DNA of 64,000 bases from Gemmatimonadales bacterium (lineage in GTDB: Bacteria > Gemmatimonadota > Gemmatimonadetes > Gemmatimonadales > GWC2-71-9). How positions within the stretch are numbered: position 1 is the stretch's first letter; every line of letters starts with the position of its first letter. This document shows positions 19,271 through 29,006 of the stretch, piece after piece. Both the position numbers and the translations under genes were made by a program. A model generated the notes under the pieces. The model saw nothing but the letters and a program-made list of their open reading frames with translations. It was not told where the DNA came from and did no database searches. Where the stretch lies: NCBI GenBank assembly GCA_036558345.1, contig DATBFV010000157.1, forward strand, positions 321 to 64,320, given 5' to 3'.

Positions 19271-20377
19271 CTACGTGTTCACCAGAACCTGACGAATCGT
19301 AGCCTCCGGGACGGCCACCGTCCAACCGTGTGCGTCGTCTCCGTGGGTCTGTCCGATCGCCTCGGGCAGCGCGACGTGAATTTCGCCCGCGCGGACCTTC
19401 TTGTCGGCACGCATTGCTTCGATGAGCGCATCGACGTCACTCGCGTCAGGGCGTTCGACCGGCAGGTTCAGCCGCTCGAGCACCGATGTGATGCGGCGCG
19501 CGGTGCCGGTCGCCGCGATGCCGAGTGATTCGGCAAGTCGTGCTTCGTAGACCATCCCGATCGCCACCGCTTCGCCGTGCAACACTTCGTATTTGGACGT
19601 TGCCTCGATGGCGTGTCCGACCGTGTGCCCGAAGTTCAGAATCGCGCGCTTGCCGTTTTCGCGCTCGTCCTGCGCCACGACGGCGGCTTTGATCTCCACC
19701 GAGCGGCGCACGACGTGTTCGAGGGCCGGCGCATGCTTCGCGAAGATCGCCGCGTACTCGCGCTCGAGAAATGCAAAGTACGCCGCGTCGGCGATCACAC
19801 CGTGCTTCACCGCTTCGGCGAGCCCTGCCGCGAGCTGGACGCTCGCGAGCGAGGCCAGGAGCTCTGGATCGGCGACGACGACGCGGGGTTGATGGAAAGC
19901 GCCGAGCAGATTCTTGCCCGCGGGGACGTCGACGCCGGTTTTCCCGCCGATCGACGAGTCGATCATCGCCAGCAATGACGTCGGGATCTGCACGAGCGGG
20001 ACGCCGCGCAGGTAGGTCGCGGCGACGAAACCGCCGACGTCGTTCACGACACCGCCACCGAAGGCAATTACGGCGCAGTCGCGGCCATAATGGGCCGCGA
20101 GCATTCGGTCGGAGAGCGACGCCCACGTATCGCGCGTCTTATTCCATTCGCCGGCGGGGAACAGGAGCAGTTCCGCCCGATAGCCGATAGCCGATAGCTG
20201 CTTCACGAGCTCTTCGCCGTACATCTTCCCGACATGCGAATCCGAGATCACCGCGTACGCCTCGGCGGGGCAGTACTCGGGGAGGATCTTGTCGAGTTGC
20301 CGGACGAGACCCGCGCCGATGAGGATATCGTAGGAGGCATCCCGCTGCTCGATGAGCGGGACGCGGATCGTCACCAC
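19271..20377 (-). CDS. aroB: 3-dehydroquinate synthase
   Basis: 368 aa with GGGVVNDVGGFVAATYLRG and HGEAVAIGM motifs. The GTG-GTG start region overlaps the upstream TGA. Confidence 0.9.
   Translation of the reverse strand: MVTIRVPLIEQRDASYDILIGAGLVRQLDKILPEYCPAEAYAVISDSHVGKMYGEELVKQLSAIGYRAELLLFPAGEWNKTRDTWASLSDRMLAAHYGRDCAVIAFGGGVVNDVGGFVAATYLRGVPLVQIPTSLLAMIDSSIGGKTGVDVPAGKNLLGAFHQPRVVVADPELLASLASVQLAAGLAEAVKHGVIADAAYFAFLEREYAAIFAKHAPALEHVVRRSVEIKAAVVAQDERENGKRAILNFGHTVGHAIEATSKYEVLHGEAVAIGMVYEARLAESLGIAATGTARRITSVLERLNLPVERPDASDVDALIEAMRADKKVRAGEIHVALPEAIGQTHGDDAHGWTVAVPEATIRQVLVNT
20178..20198. repeat. three perfect tandem copies of the 7-bp unit CGATAGC inside aroB
   Basis: Read directly: CGATAGC at 20178-84, 20185-91 and 20192-98. 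Encodes QLSAIGYRA on the minus strand. Confidence 0.9.
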
Positions 20378-20901
20378 GTGATGTCGGGTCGCCCGGCCTG
20401 CTGATTCACGGCGCGCGCCAGCACGAACAGCAAGTCGGATAGGCGATTCAGGTAGTGAATGATGACGGGATTGATCTGTTCATCCCGCGCGAGCCGCACG
20501 ACGGACCGCTCGGCGCGCCGGCAGGTCGTGCGGGCCAGATGAAAAGCGGCAGCCTTCGGCGTTCCACCAGGCAGGATGAAGTTCTTCAGTGGCGGAAGCG
20601 ACCCCTCGTATCTGTCGATCAATTGTTCGAGCGCGCTCACGCGGTCCGGCTCGAGCGCCGCGCGCCGTTTCGCGGCATCCGGTGTCGCCAGCTCGGCGCC
20701 GACGGCGAAGAGATCACGCTGCATCGATTGGAGCGCATCGGACTCAAAGCCACTCGGTTCGAACGATGCGGCAAGACCGATCGCGGCATTAGTTTCGTCG
20801 ACGTCGCCGTACGCGCACACACGCGCGTCGTCTTTAGGAACTCGGCCGCCGCCGAAGAGTCCGGTTTCCCCGGCGTCGCCGGTTTTCGTGTAGATCTTCA
20901 C
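20371..20901 (-). CDS. ATP:cob(I)alamin adenosyltransferase, PduO-type
   Basis: N-terminus KIYTKTGDAGETGLFGG is diagnostic of PduO/MMAB-type adenosyltransferases. GTG start at 20901. Confidence 0.85.
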   Translation of the reverse strand: MKIYTKTGDAGETGLFGGGRVPKDDARVCAYGDVDETNAAIGLAASFEPSGFESDALQSMQRDLFAVGAELATPDAAKRRAALEPDRVSALEQLIDRYEGSLPPLKNFILPGGTPKAAAFHLARTTCRRAERSVVRLARDEQINPVIIHYLNRLSDLLFVLARAVNQQAGRPDITW

Positions 20902-20956
20902 TCCTCACCCCCTGACCCCATCTCCCTTTGGAGAGGGGGAACGGCGGAACGTATCG

Positions 20957-21889
20957 TTACGGGCATCGCAGCGCGAGCGGTTGCGAAGCCACCAGGCTTC
21001 GCGTGGTGGCATCGCGCACGGTGGCGCGTGAGTCACGGACGGAGCCGTCGGCTATTTGATCGATAAGGAGGAGCGTGCCGCCACCGCTGCCGGCAACCCA
21101 ACCTCGGACGGAATAGCGTACGCCCTGGGACGCCATTCCCCCCTGCAACGGCAGTCGCTGAGGGCGCGCAACCCAGCGAACCTCGCGCACCGGAGGGTCG
21201 GTGATCGCGACACCCGTCACGAGCAATGTGTCATTCGCAGCGGTCGCGTACCGCGCGCGGAATCCTACGGCGTAGCCGCCGTGTATCGGGACGACTTCGC
21301 CGGCGTCCGCGGACTGATCCGCGTCAACGATCAGTTGCCGGAGCAGCGTTCCGCGGGGGCCACGGCTCGTGCTCTCGGCACGTTGGGCGATGCGGTTCAC
21401 TAGATCGCGTGTCTCGGCGCGGGTGAGCGCCCGCGCCGGCGCGCCGGTGCCGCCGGCAAACGGCCGCTCGTCGAGCAGCACCACGACCGGAACGTGCGAG
21501 GGAGGCGTGCTGTGGCCACTCCCGCCCCCGGGCGGAAACGCGAATACGAGCTCACTGACCGTGGCGCCGGCGCCGCACGATTCCGCGGTGTGGAATCGCG
21601 CGAGCGTCAGCCGGGCCGGAGCCGCGCCGCGTGCGGAGAGCACCGTCACGGTGCGCGTGGCAGGCGCATCGACGGCGACGAGAGGATGTTCGCGCAAGGC
21701 GGTCCCGAGGTCGCGCCCTCCGGTCAGCTGATGATAGAGGTCTCGTGCAAACCGGTCGTCGGCGACAAAGACGTGCGCCTCGCCGCCCAGGCTCCAGCCA
21801 AGGGCTGCGTGGGTCCCAGCACTGGCGCAGGCTAGAGAGTCCGCCAGTAGCCCGATGACGAGAAGCAGGCTAGCGTTTGCGCGATGCAA
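20957..21889 (-). CDS. hypothetical secreted protein / lipoprotein
   Basis: TTG start. N-terminal signal HRANASLLLVIGLLADSLACASAG. No recognisable domain by eye. Confidence 0.5.
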   Translation of the reverse strand: MHRANASLLLVIGLLADSLACASAGTHAALGWSLGGEAHVFVADDRFARDLYHQLTGGRDLGTALREHPLVAVDAPATRTVTVLSARGAAPARLTLARFHTAESCGAGATVSELVFAFPPGGGSGHSTPPSHVPVVVLLDERPFAGGTGAPARALTRAETRDLVNRIAQRAESTSRGPRGTLLRQLIVDADQSADAGEVVPIHGGYAVGFRARYATAANDTLLVTGVAITDPPVREVRWVARPQRLPLQGGMASQGVRYSVRGWVAGSGGGTLLLIDQIADGSVRDSRATVRDATTRSLVASQPLALRCP

Positions 21890-22906
21890 GAATCAAAAGA
21901 TATCATCATCATCGGGGCCGGTCCGACCGGCCTGTTCGCCGCGTTTTACGCCGGCATGCGCGGCGCTACGCATCGACTGATCGACAATCTCGACCAAGTG
22001 GGCGGCCAGCTGACGGCGCTGTATCCCGAGAAATACATCTTCGACGTCGCAGGCTTTCCGCAGATCCTCGCCAAAGACCTGGTGAAGTCGCTCGCGGAGC
22101 AGGGACTCCGCTGGAATCCTCCCGTACATCTCGGCGAGAAAGTGATCGGACTCCGGCGCGGCGAAGCGGACGGCAAGCCGCTCTTCACGATCGTCACCGA
22201 CAGAGACGAGTACGCGGGACGCTCGCTGCTCATCGCCGCCGGCATCGGTGCCTTCACGCCGCGCAAACTGCCGCTCAACGACGTGGATCAGTGGAACGAG
22301 AAAGGGCTCCACGACCGCGTGTTGAATCCAAAAATCTTCACCGGCAAACGAATCCTGATCGTGGGTGGTGGCGACTCGGCGTTCGACTGGGCGGTGAATC
22401 TCCAGGGGATCGCGAAATCGATCATGATGATTCACCGGCGCGACGGCTTCCGCGCCCATCAGGCCACCGTCGATCAGGTGCAGGCGCTGGCGGCCGCGGG
22501 CAAGATGGAGCTCCGCACGTTCTGGGAGCTCAAGGCGATTGCCGGCAGCGGCCGCATCGAGCGCGTCACGATCTTCAACAACAAGACAAAAGCAGAAGAA
22601 ACCGTCGCGATGGACTGCGTCATTCCCCAGCTCGGCTTTGTGTCATCACTGGGCGCCATCGCCGAATGGGGGCTCGAGATCGAGAAGGGCGACATCAGGG
22701 TGACGCAGACGATGGAGACCAACATTGCCGGCATCTACGCGGCGGGCGACATCGCGACCTATCCAGGAAAGCTGAAGCTGATCGCGACCGGTTTTGGCGA
22801 GGCGTGCACGGCGGTCAACCAGATCGCGCACTTTCTGAATCCATCAGCGAAGGTGATGCCGGGGCACTCGTCGAACATGGCGCTGTTTGGGCAGAAAGAT
22901 GACTAA
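21884..22906 (+). CDS. ferredoxin-NADP+ reductase, thioredoxin-reductase-like type (YumC-like)
   Basis: IIIIGAGPTGLFAAFYAGMRG and GGQLTALYPEKYIFDVAGFP signatures. No redox CxxC. Confidence 0.85.
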   Translation: MQESKDIIIIGAGPTGLFAAFYAGMRGATHRLIDNLDQVGGQLTALYPEKYIFDVAGFPQILAKDLVKSLAEQGLRWNPPVHLGEKVIGLRRGEADGKPLFTIVTDRDEYAGRSLLIAAGIGAFTPRKLPLNDVDQWNEKGLHDRVLNPKIFTGKRILIVGGGDSAFDWAVNLQGIAKSIMMIHRRDGFRAHQATVDQVQALAAAGKMELRTFWELKAIAGSGRIERVTIFNNKTKAEETVAMDCVIPQLGFVSSLGAIAEWGLEIEKGDIRVTQTMETNIAGIYAAGDIATYPGKLKLIATGFGEACTAVNQIAHFLNPSAKVMPGHSSNMALFGQKDD

Positions 22907-22907
22907 G

Positions 22908-24392
22908 CTACCTCGCTAGTTGCACCACCACGGAATCGATCTGAGCCAACATTTGTCTCGTCGGCACGTCGTGCGCGTTGGCCTGGATCGAAAACGTGAT
23001 GACTCGGCCGTCCTTCCTCTCGATGTATCCCGACAACGTGTTCACCCGATCGATCGAGCCGGTCTTCGCGAGCACACGTCCCTCCAGGGGCGTGCGAACA
23101 AAGCGCCGCAGCAAGGAGCCGGGCTGCTGCGCGCGGGGGAGCGCGGCAAGAAACGGCGCGCGTTTGGGATGGCGGTAGATGTACGTCAGGAGCTGCACGA
23201 ACGCGTGCGGGGTCACGAGATTGCCGGCCGCGAGTCCGGAGCCGTCCTCGAGTGAAAACGCGGTGGAATCAATTTTGACCGAATCAATGAGAAATTGCTT
23301 CTCGACATTCAGCCCCGTTTCCCAGCTCCCCGTGTCCCCGACTTCCCGCGCCAAGATCTTGAGCAGCGTCTCGGCAAACCAGTTCTGGCTCGTGTTCAGA
23401 ATCGGAAAGACGATGTCAGAAAGCGGGCGGCCGTGGTACTCGGCGATCGGGTTGTCGCAGCAGCGCAGGCTGCGGTAGACGAGCGAGTCGGTGGTGCTGG
23501 CCGCGCCACCGCCCACGGCAATGCCCTTGCGCTGCAACGATGCCTCGAGCGCGCGCGCGGCGTAAAGGCCGGGATCGGGCAGCGCAAAGCTTTCGATCCA
23601 TGGCGAGCGGCTCAGCGAAACCGTCCCCTCGGCCCAGATATCCAGGGATCCCGGCTTGCGGAAGAAGTTGTCGCCGATCGTGGTGCTCGAGTCGTTCGGC
23701 ACCGTGCGCGCCCGGTTCTCGAACGAGAACATGCTGAGATCAGGCGTCCAGGAGATCACCGGCGGCGCATCGACGAACGGGCCCGGGCCGATCCGGAAAT
23801 CGACGCTGTTGTCGTGGAAGCCAAGTCCCGACACCGGCGCGGCATACCACCAATTGAGGTCGAACGAATTCCAGCCCGGATGTGTCAGCATCGGCTCGAA
23901 GTACGAGCCGTCGCCGACGATCCGGCCCGTGATCCGCTTGACGCCTTTGGCGCGCAGCGAATCGGCGATGGCGTCCACCGCCGTCCAGGTCGAGTCGCAC
24001 GCGCCCGCGGCCAGCGTGTCCACCGCGTAGCAGCGCTCCGACCACGTGGGATCGCCGCGACCGTAGACGATCAGATCGCCCAGGAGCACGCCGTTCGTGA
24101 TCGTGCCGTTGATGTACAGACTCGTCCGGACGCGGAAGTCGGGCGGCAGGAGCACCGTGGCGGCCGCCGCAACGATGAGTTTGGTGTTGCTCGCCGGGAC
24201 CGAAAACCGGTCACCGTTTCTGTTGAACAGAACCCGCCCGCGATCGTCCTGCGCGTAGATGTTCCATGTCGCGCGATCGAACGGCGGCTGGTCGAGCAGC
24301 CGGCTCAGCCGCTGCTGCAGCGAACCACCCTGTGCGCTCCCCGGAGTCCAGACCGCGCTAATCGTAAGCGACGCGAGGATCAGCTTTCGCAT
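22908..24392 (-). CDS. dacB: D-alanyl-D-alanine carboxypeptidase/endopeptidase (PBP4, peptidase S13)
   Basis: ATG at 24392 (MRKLILASLTISAVW signal). PASNTKL active-site SxxK. Length is typical of PBP4. Confidence 0.85.
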   Translation of the reverse strand: MRKLILASLTISAVWTPGSAQGGSLQQRLSRLLDQPPFDRATWNIYAQDDRGRVLFNRNGDRFSVPASNTKLIVAAAATVLLPPDFRVRTSLYINGTITNGVLLGDLIVYGRGDPTWSERCYAVDTLAAGACDSTWTAVDAIADSLRAKGVKRITGRIVGDGSYFEPMLTHPGWNSFDLNWWYAAPVSGLGFHDNSVDFRIGPGPFVDAPPVISWTPDLSMFSFENRARTVPNDSSTTIGDNFFRKPGSLDIWAEGTVSLSRSPWIESFALPDPGLYAARALEASLQRKGIAVGGGAASTTDSLVYRSLRCCDNPIAEYHGRPLSDIVFPILNTSQNWFAETLLKILAREVGDTGSWETGLNVEKQFLIDSVKIDSTAFSLEDGSGLAAGNLVTPHAFVQLLTYIYRHPKRAPFLAALPRAQQPGSLLRRFVRTPLEGRVLAKTGSIDRVNTLSGYIERKDGRVITFSIQANAHDVPTRQMLAQIDSVVVQLAR

Positions 24393-25278
24393 AAAGGACG
24401 TCGGTGAAAAGGTTGACGAGCACAAAGACCACGGACAGGAACAGGATGCTGCCCTGAACCGCGGGCAGGTCGCGCTTCTGAATGGCGAGTAAGACGTACC
24501 GTCCTACACCCGGCCACGAAAAAATGGTCTCGGTCAGAATGCTGCCGGTCAGATAATTGCCGACATCGAGTCCGACGACGGTGATGATGGGCAGCAGTGC
24601 ATTGCGGAGGGCATGCCGGCCGATCACGCGCCGTTCGACGACCCCCTTGGCGCGCGCCGTGCGCACGAAATCGGACGGCAGGACCTCGAGCATCGCGCCG
24701 CGCGTCATCCGCGCCAAAAAGGCGATCGAGCGCATGCCGAGCGTGAGCGCCGGCAGCACGAGAAAACCGATGCCGCCATATCCGGAGGGTGGCAGCCAGC
24801 GCAGCGCCACGGCGAACAGCAGAATCAGAAGCAAGCCCACCCAGTACACCGGAAACGAGACGCCGACGTAGGCGATCAGCATGCTGAAACGGTCGATCAT
24901 TCCACCAGGACGAATCGCCGCGAGTACACCGAGCGTGATGCCGATCGTCACCGCGAGCAGCATGGCAGACCCCGCGAGCTGCAGCGTCTTGGGGAATCGC
25001 TCGACCAGGTCGCCGAGCACCGGGCGCTGCGTGACATAGGATCGGCCCAGGTCGCCGCGCACCACACCCCACAGGTAATGGCCGAACTGCACGGGAATCG
25101 GATCATCGAGATGGAGCTCGCCGCGCAGTCGCGCGATCGTGGCCGAGTCGGCTCGCTCGCCCACCATCTCGGCGACGGGGTCGCCCGGGACGACGTTCAG
25201 CAGGAGAAACGCGACGACGAGGACACCGAACAGCGTGGGGATCGTCGCGAGCAGCCGTTTACCGACCAGCTGCAACAC
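24358..25278 (-). CDS. ABC transporter permease (DppB/OppB-like)
   Basis: 306 aa. N-terminus LQLVGKRLLATIPTLFGVLVVAFLLLNVVPGDPV is typical of peptide/nickel ABC permeases. Confidence 0.85.
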   Translation of the reverse strand: MLQLVGKRLLATIPTLFGVLVVAFLLLNVVPGDPVAEMVGERADSATIARLRGELHLDDPIPVQFGHYLWGVVRGDLGRSYVTQRPVLGDLVERFPKTLQLAGSAMLLAVTIGITLGVLAAIRPGGMIDRFSMLIAYVGVSFPVYWVGLLLILLFAVALRWLPPSGYGGIGFLVLPALTLGMRSIAFLARMTRGAMLEVLPSDFVRTARAKGVVERRVIGRHALRNALLPIITVVGLDVGNYLTGSILTETIFSWPGVGRYVLLAIQKRDLPAVQGSILFLSVVFVLVNLFTDVLYAKADPRVAYD

Positions 25279-26848
25279 GGACCTGGGTCCAGCGCTGGCC
25301 GTTGAAGATCACGGGGACGTCCCAGCCCTGCACGGCCGGATGCTCTGCCCACAGATCCACCGGAAACCAGAGGTAAATCCAGGGGGCGGCCTCAAAGACG
25401 CGACTGTCGATTTGCCGGTACAGCGACTCGCGCGCCGGCTGATCCACCGTGCGGCGCGCGACGATGATCAGGGAGTCAGTCACGGGATCGCTATAAAAGG
25501 AATAGTTGCCGCCTGGGCCGAAACTCGCGCTATGGAATAGCGGATACAGGAAGTTGTCGGCATCGGGGTAGTCGGCCCACCAGTCGAGGATCGCCATGTC
25601 GGTGTCGCCCTTGCGGACCGCCTCGCGCTGGCTCGCTGCGTCGCGCGACACGATCTCCACGCGAATGCCCACGGCGGCGAGCTGGGCTTGAATACCCTGA
25701 GCTACGCGCCCCATTTCCACGTTGGTTCCGGACCGCCAGAGCTGCACCGCAAAGCCGTCCGGATAACCGGCGGCGCGCAGCAGACGCCGGGCTTCGCTCG
25801 TGTCATACGCATAGGGTCGGCGCCCCGGATCGCTGCCACCGAGCGTCGGCGGAATAGCGCCTGCGGCAAGGACGCCGCGATCGTTCCAGACGGTGCGGAG
25901 GAGCTCAGGGACGTTGACCGCGTGATTGATCGCCTGGCGCACGCGCGGATCGCGCAGCGGTCCGCGGCGGTTGTTCAGCGGCACATACACGGCGCGCAGC
26001 GCCGGTTTGCGCTTCAGCCAGTCGGGATGTTCCTGCTGCCACTTTGCCGTCTCGCCAAACGGGATCTCTGAGACCGACAGGCGGCCGGCGAGAAACTCCG
26101 CAGCGCGCGTCAGCGCCTCTGGGACAATCCGGACTGTGAGCGAATCGGCGACGGGCGCGCCGCCCCAGTAGGTCGGATTCCTGGCGAAGCGCAGATAGTC
26201 GTCATGCTCCCAGGACACAAAACGCCACGGGCCAGTGCCGATCGGATGCTGGCCGAAGTCCTCGGGAACAGGTGTCGGCGCGACGGAAGCCACCGGCATG
26301 GCGAGAAACGTGGGGAAGATCGCGAGTGGCTCACTCAACGTGACCGCGATGGCCGTGTCGCCCAGCACCTCGATGCCGCGGACGTCGCGGGCACGGCCCT
26401 CGGCAAAGTCCTGCGCACCGGCGATCGGCAGCAGCGGCCACACGCGACCGCCCAGCGTTCCCGGGCTCAGCACGCGCAGGAACGCGCTCTTGACCGCGGC
26501 GGCGTCGAGCGGCTTGCCGTCGTGAAAGGTGACGCCGGGGCGCAAGTGAAAGACGTAGTGCTGCCCCCTGCGGTCCGCGCTCCAGCGGTCCGACAGGCCA
26601 GGACGCAAGTGCCCGTCGACATCGAACTGCGTGAGACCGTCGAACACGAGCGTCACCATTTCGCCCGTGGTCACGTCAGTCGAAAGCGCTGGATCGAGGG
26701 AGCGCGGGTCGTCCCGCTCGTAGTAGACAAGGCCCCGCGCCTGGTAACCGCCGGCGGAGGGACCATGACAGGCGGCCAGAAAGCACAGGAACAGGACGCT
26801 CTGGGCGGTGTCGAAAAGGTTGACAGTGCGGAGCAAGTGTCGCAACAT
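25259..26848 (-). CDS. ABC transporter substrate-binding protein, family 5 (peptide/nickel), lipoprotein
   Basis: ATG at 26848 (MLRHLLR...FLCFLAACHG lipobox). Family-5 SBP length and motifs. Alternative TTG start at 26863. Confidence 0.85.
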   Translation of the reverse strand: MLRHLLRTVNLFDTAQSVLFLCFLAACHGPSAGGYQARGLVYYERDDPRSLDPALSTDVTTGEMVTLVFDGLTQFDVDGHLRPGLSDRWSADRRGQHYVFHLRPGVTFHDGKPLDAAAVKSAFLRVLSPGTLGGRVWPLLPIAGAQDFAEGRARDVRGIEVLGDTAIAVTLSEPLAIFPTFLAMPVASVAPTPVPEDFGQHPIGTGPWRFVSWEHDDYLRFARNPTYWGGAPVADSLTVRIVPEALTRAAEFLAGRLSVSEIPFGETAKWQQEHPDWLKRKPALRAVYVPLNNRRGPLRDPRVRQAINHAVNVPELLRTVWNDRGVLAAGAIPPTLGGSDPGRRPYAYDTSEARRLLRAAGYPDGFAVQLWRSGTNVEMGRVAQGIQAQLAAVGIRVEIVSRDAASQREAVRKGDTDMAILDWWADYPDADNFLYPLFHSASFGPGGNYSFYSDPVTDSLIIVARRTVDQPARESLYRQIDSRVFEAAPWIYLWFPVDLWAEHPAVQGWDVPVIFNGQRWTQVRVAAGR

Positions 26849-26873
26849 AGCCAAAATTGCCAAACTACGTCAA

Positions 26874-29006
26874 TTGCGCGTCATATCCTCCATGTTGCTC
26901 GCGGTCTGCGCGGCGACGACGCTCCTCTCTGCCCAAGAACAGGAGCGCGTAGTCCGCGGTCTGCGGTTCGTCGGGAACAAGGCACTCGACGACTATACGC
27001 TCGAAAGCGCCATCGCGACGACCAAGTCGAGCGCGTGGGCGCGGTACACGTTGGTCCGCTGGATCGGGCTCGGCGAAAAGCGCTACTTCAACGAAGTCGA
27101 ATTTCGGCGCGACGTCGTGCGGCTGATTCTGCTGTATCGGCAGAGCGGCTACATGAACGCCGTCGTCGATACGTCGGTGCAGCGCACGTCGCGAGATGTG
27201 TACATCACGTTCCGGATACATGAAGGCGACCCCGTGCGGGTCGAACGGCTCGAGATCAATGGACTCGAGGGCATCGCTGACGTTGCCAAACTGAAGCGCG
27301 ACCTGCCGCTGCACGTGGGCGATCCGTTCAATCGTTTCTTGATGCAGGCGTCGGCCGACACGATCGTCGCGCGGTTGCGCAATAGTGGGTATCCCTACGC
27401 CGAGGTGCTGCGCAACTTCGATTCCGAGGCAGGAATTCTGAGAGCGGACATCGAGCTCGATGCGCTCCCCGGCCCCCGCATGCGGATCGGTGAGGTCCAG
27501 ATCCGCGGTCTGCGCCGCGTCGATACCAGCGCCGTCAAGCGTGTGATGTCGCTACGACCCGGCACCTACTTCAAGCAGGACGCCCTCTATCAGACGCAGC
27601 GCGACCTCTACGGCATCGGCGTATTCAACTCGGTCAATGTCCAGCTGATCGATTCCGTCGCGCCGCAGGAAACGGTGCCGCGCGACTCGACGGTGCGCAC
27701 CTTGATTCAGGTCCAGGAAGGTCCCGCTCATCAGGTCCGCGTCGGGGGAGGGTATGCGACGGTAGAGTGCTTCCGCGTGCAGAGCGGGTGGACGGCACAC
27801 AACTTTTTGGGCGGGGCGCGCGCGCTCGATCTGTCAGCCAAGGTTTCCAGGCTGGGCGCCGGGACGCCCAAGCACACCACCGGATTCAATCAGTTCTGCA
27901 ATCCGTTCTCCGGCACAGCGACGATCGACACGCTCGACTACACGTTCGGCGTCGGCGTGCGGCAGCCCGCGTTCCTGAAGCGCTCGCATGTGCTGAACCT
28001 GGGATTTATCGCGGAGCGCACGTCGGAGTTCGGCGTGTACAAGCGTGAGGCGGTCGGCGGCAATGCCGATGTGACGTTCAACGCGCGCGGACGTCTTCCC
28101 TTCACCCTGGGGTACACGTACGCGGTGGGTCGAACGACGGCCTCGGATGCGATTTACTGCAGTCTGTTCCGGCTCTGCGACGAAGCCAGCCGCAAATTTC
28201 TCCGCGACCGGCGGCAGTTCGGGGCGATCAGCGCGAGTATCTCGCGCGACCGAGTCAACAACGTCCTGGATCCATCGTTCGGCAGCGTCACAACGGTCAC
28301 CATTCTCCATGCGTCCCGGACGTTCGGTTCGCAGCCGCCCTACGAATTCAATCGGGCTGAAGTGGAGACTGCCAGGTACCACCTCATCGGCAGGAGCACG
28401 GTGTTTGCATGGCGCGTACGCGGCGGCACCATTCTACCCAAGAACATCACGTTGAACGGGCAAGCGGTCGGCTATGTGCCGCCCGACCAGCGTTTTTACG
28501 GTGGCGGACCCACGTCGGTGCGCGGCTATGGCCGTAACGAGTTGGGGCCGCGCGTCTACTTCATCGACGACAGTACGGCCTTCGATGTCACACCTACGGG
28601 CGACACGCTTTATCAGGGTGTGATCACGGCGCCCACCGGCGGCAACTCCGTGGTCATCTTCAATGCCGAGCTGCGGGTTCCGTCGCCCATATTCCCGCAA
28701 CGCATGCGCCTCGGACTCTTCGTGGACGCTGGGCAGGTATGGGAGCGGGGTGAGAAGGTGGTCGCGACGAGCGGGATGCGCGTCACGCCGGGTCTCGGTG
28801 TCCGATTTGCGACGCCACTGGGGCCCGTGCGGATCGACGCGGCCTACAACGGCTACCCGCTCGATCGCGGGCCGCTGCTGTTCGTGCCCAAGCAGCCGTC
28901 CACCGATCCCGTCGTCGTGCTGCGGACCTCGTATCCTCCGCAGCGCGCCGAGAAGACGTTCTGGCAGAAGGTCGTGATCCAGTTCGCCGTGGGGCAGGCT
29001 TTCTAG
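26874..29006 (+). CDS. tamA: Omp85-family outer-membrane protein (BamA/TamA-like, POTRA + beta-barrel)
   Basis: POTRA-like repeats then a barrel ending ...VVIQFAVGQAF. Directly followed by tamB. Start is TTG 26874 (signal RVISSMLLAVCAATTLLSA) or ATG 26892. Confidence 0.8.
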   Translation: MRVISSMLLAVCAATTLLSAQEQERVVRGLRFVGNKALDDYTLESAIATTKSSAWARYTLVRWIGLGEKRYFNEVEFRRDVVRLILLYRQSGYMNAVVDTSVQRTSRDVYITFRIHEGDPVRVERLEINGLEGIADVAKLKRDLPLHVGDPFNRFLMQASADTIVARLRNSGYPYAEVLRNFDSEAGILRADIELDALPGPRMRIGEVQIRGLRRVDTSAVKRVMSLRPGTYFKQDALYQTQRDLYGIGVFNSVNVQLIDSVAPQETVPRDSTVRTLIQVQEGPAHQVRVGGGYATVECFRVQSGWTAHNFLGGARALDLSAKVSRLGAGTPKHTTGFNQFCNPFSGTATIDTLDYTFGVGVRQPAFLKRSHVLNLGFIAERTSEFGVYKREAVGGNADVTFNARGRLPFTLGYTYAVGRTTASDAIYCSLFRLCDEASRKFLRDRRQFGAISASISRDRVNNVLDPSFGSVTTVTILHASRTFGSQPPYEFNRAEVETARYHLIGRSTVFAWRVRGGTILPKNITLNGQAVGYVPPDQRFYGGGPTSVRGYGRNELGPRVYFIDDSTAFDVTPTGDTLYQGVITAPTGGNSVVIFNAELRVPSPIFPQRMRLGLFVDAGQVWERGEKVVATSGMRVTPGLGVRFATPLGPVRIDAAYNGYPLDRGPLLFVPKQPSTDPVVVLRTSYPPQRAEKTFWQKVVIQFAVGQAF

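Noticed and set aside
20916-20939. Hairpin CCCCATCTC-CCTTTG-GAGAGGGGG between the hypothetical lipoprotein gene and the adenosyltransferase gene, considered as a terminator.
   Set aside because: The stem has an A-G mismatch and there is no T/U-rich tract on either strand. It may simply be part of the 5' UTR or ribosome-binding region (GGGGGTGAGGAG) of the downstream gene.
26848-26892. Direct repeat AATTGC(C/G) spaced 17 nt apart in the very short SBP/tamA divergent spacer, considered as a regulator binding site.
   Set aside because: Only a 6-7 bp repeat in a short AT-richer stretch. The start codons on both sides are uncertain, so the spacer may partly be coding.
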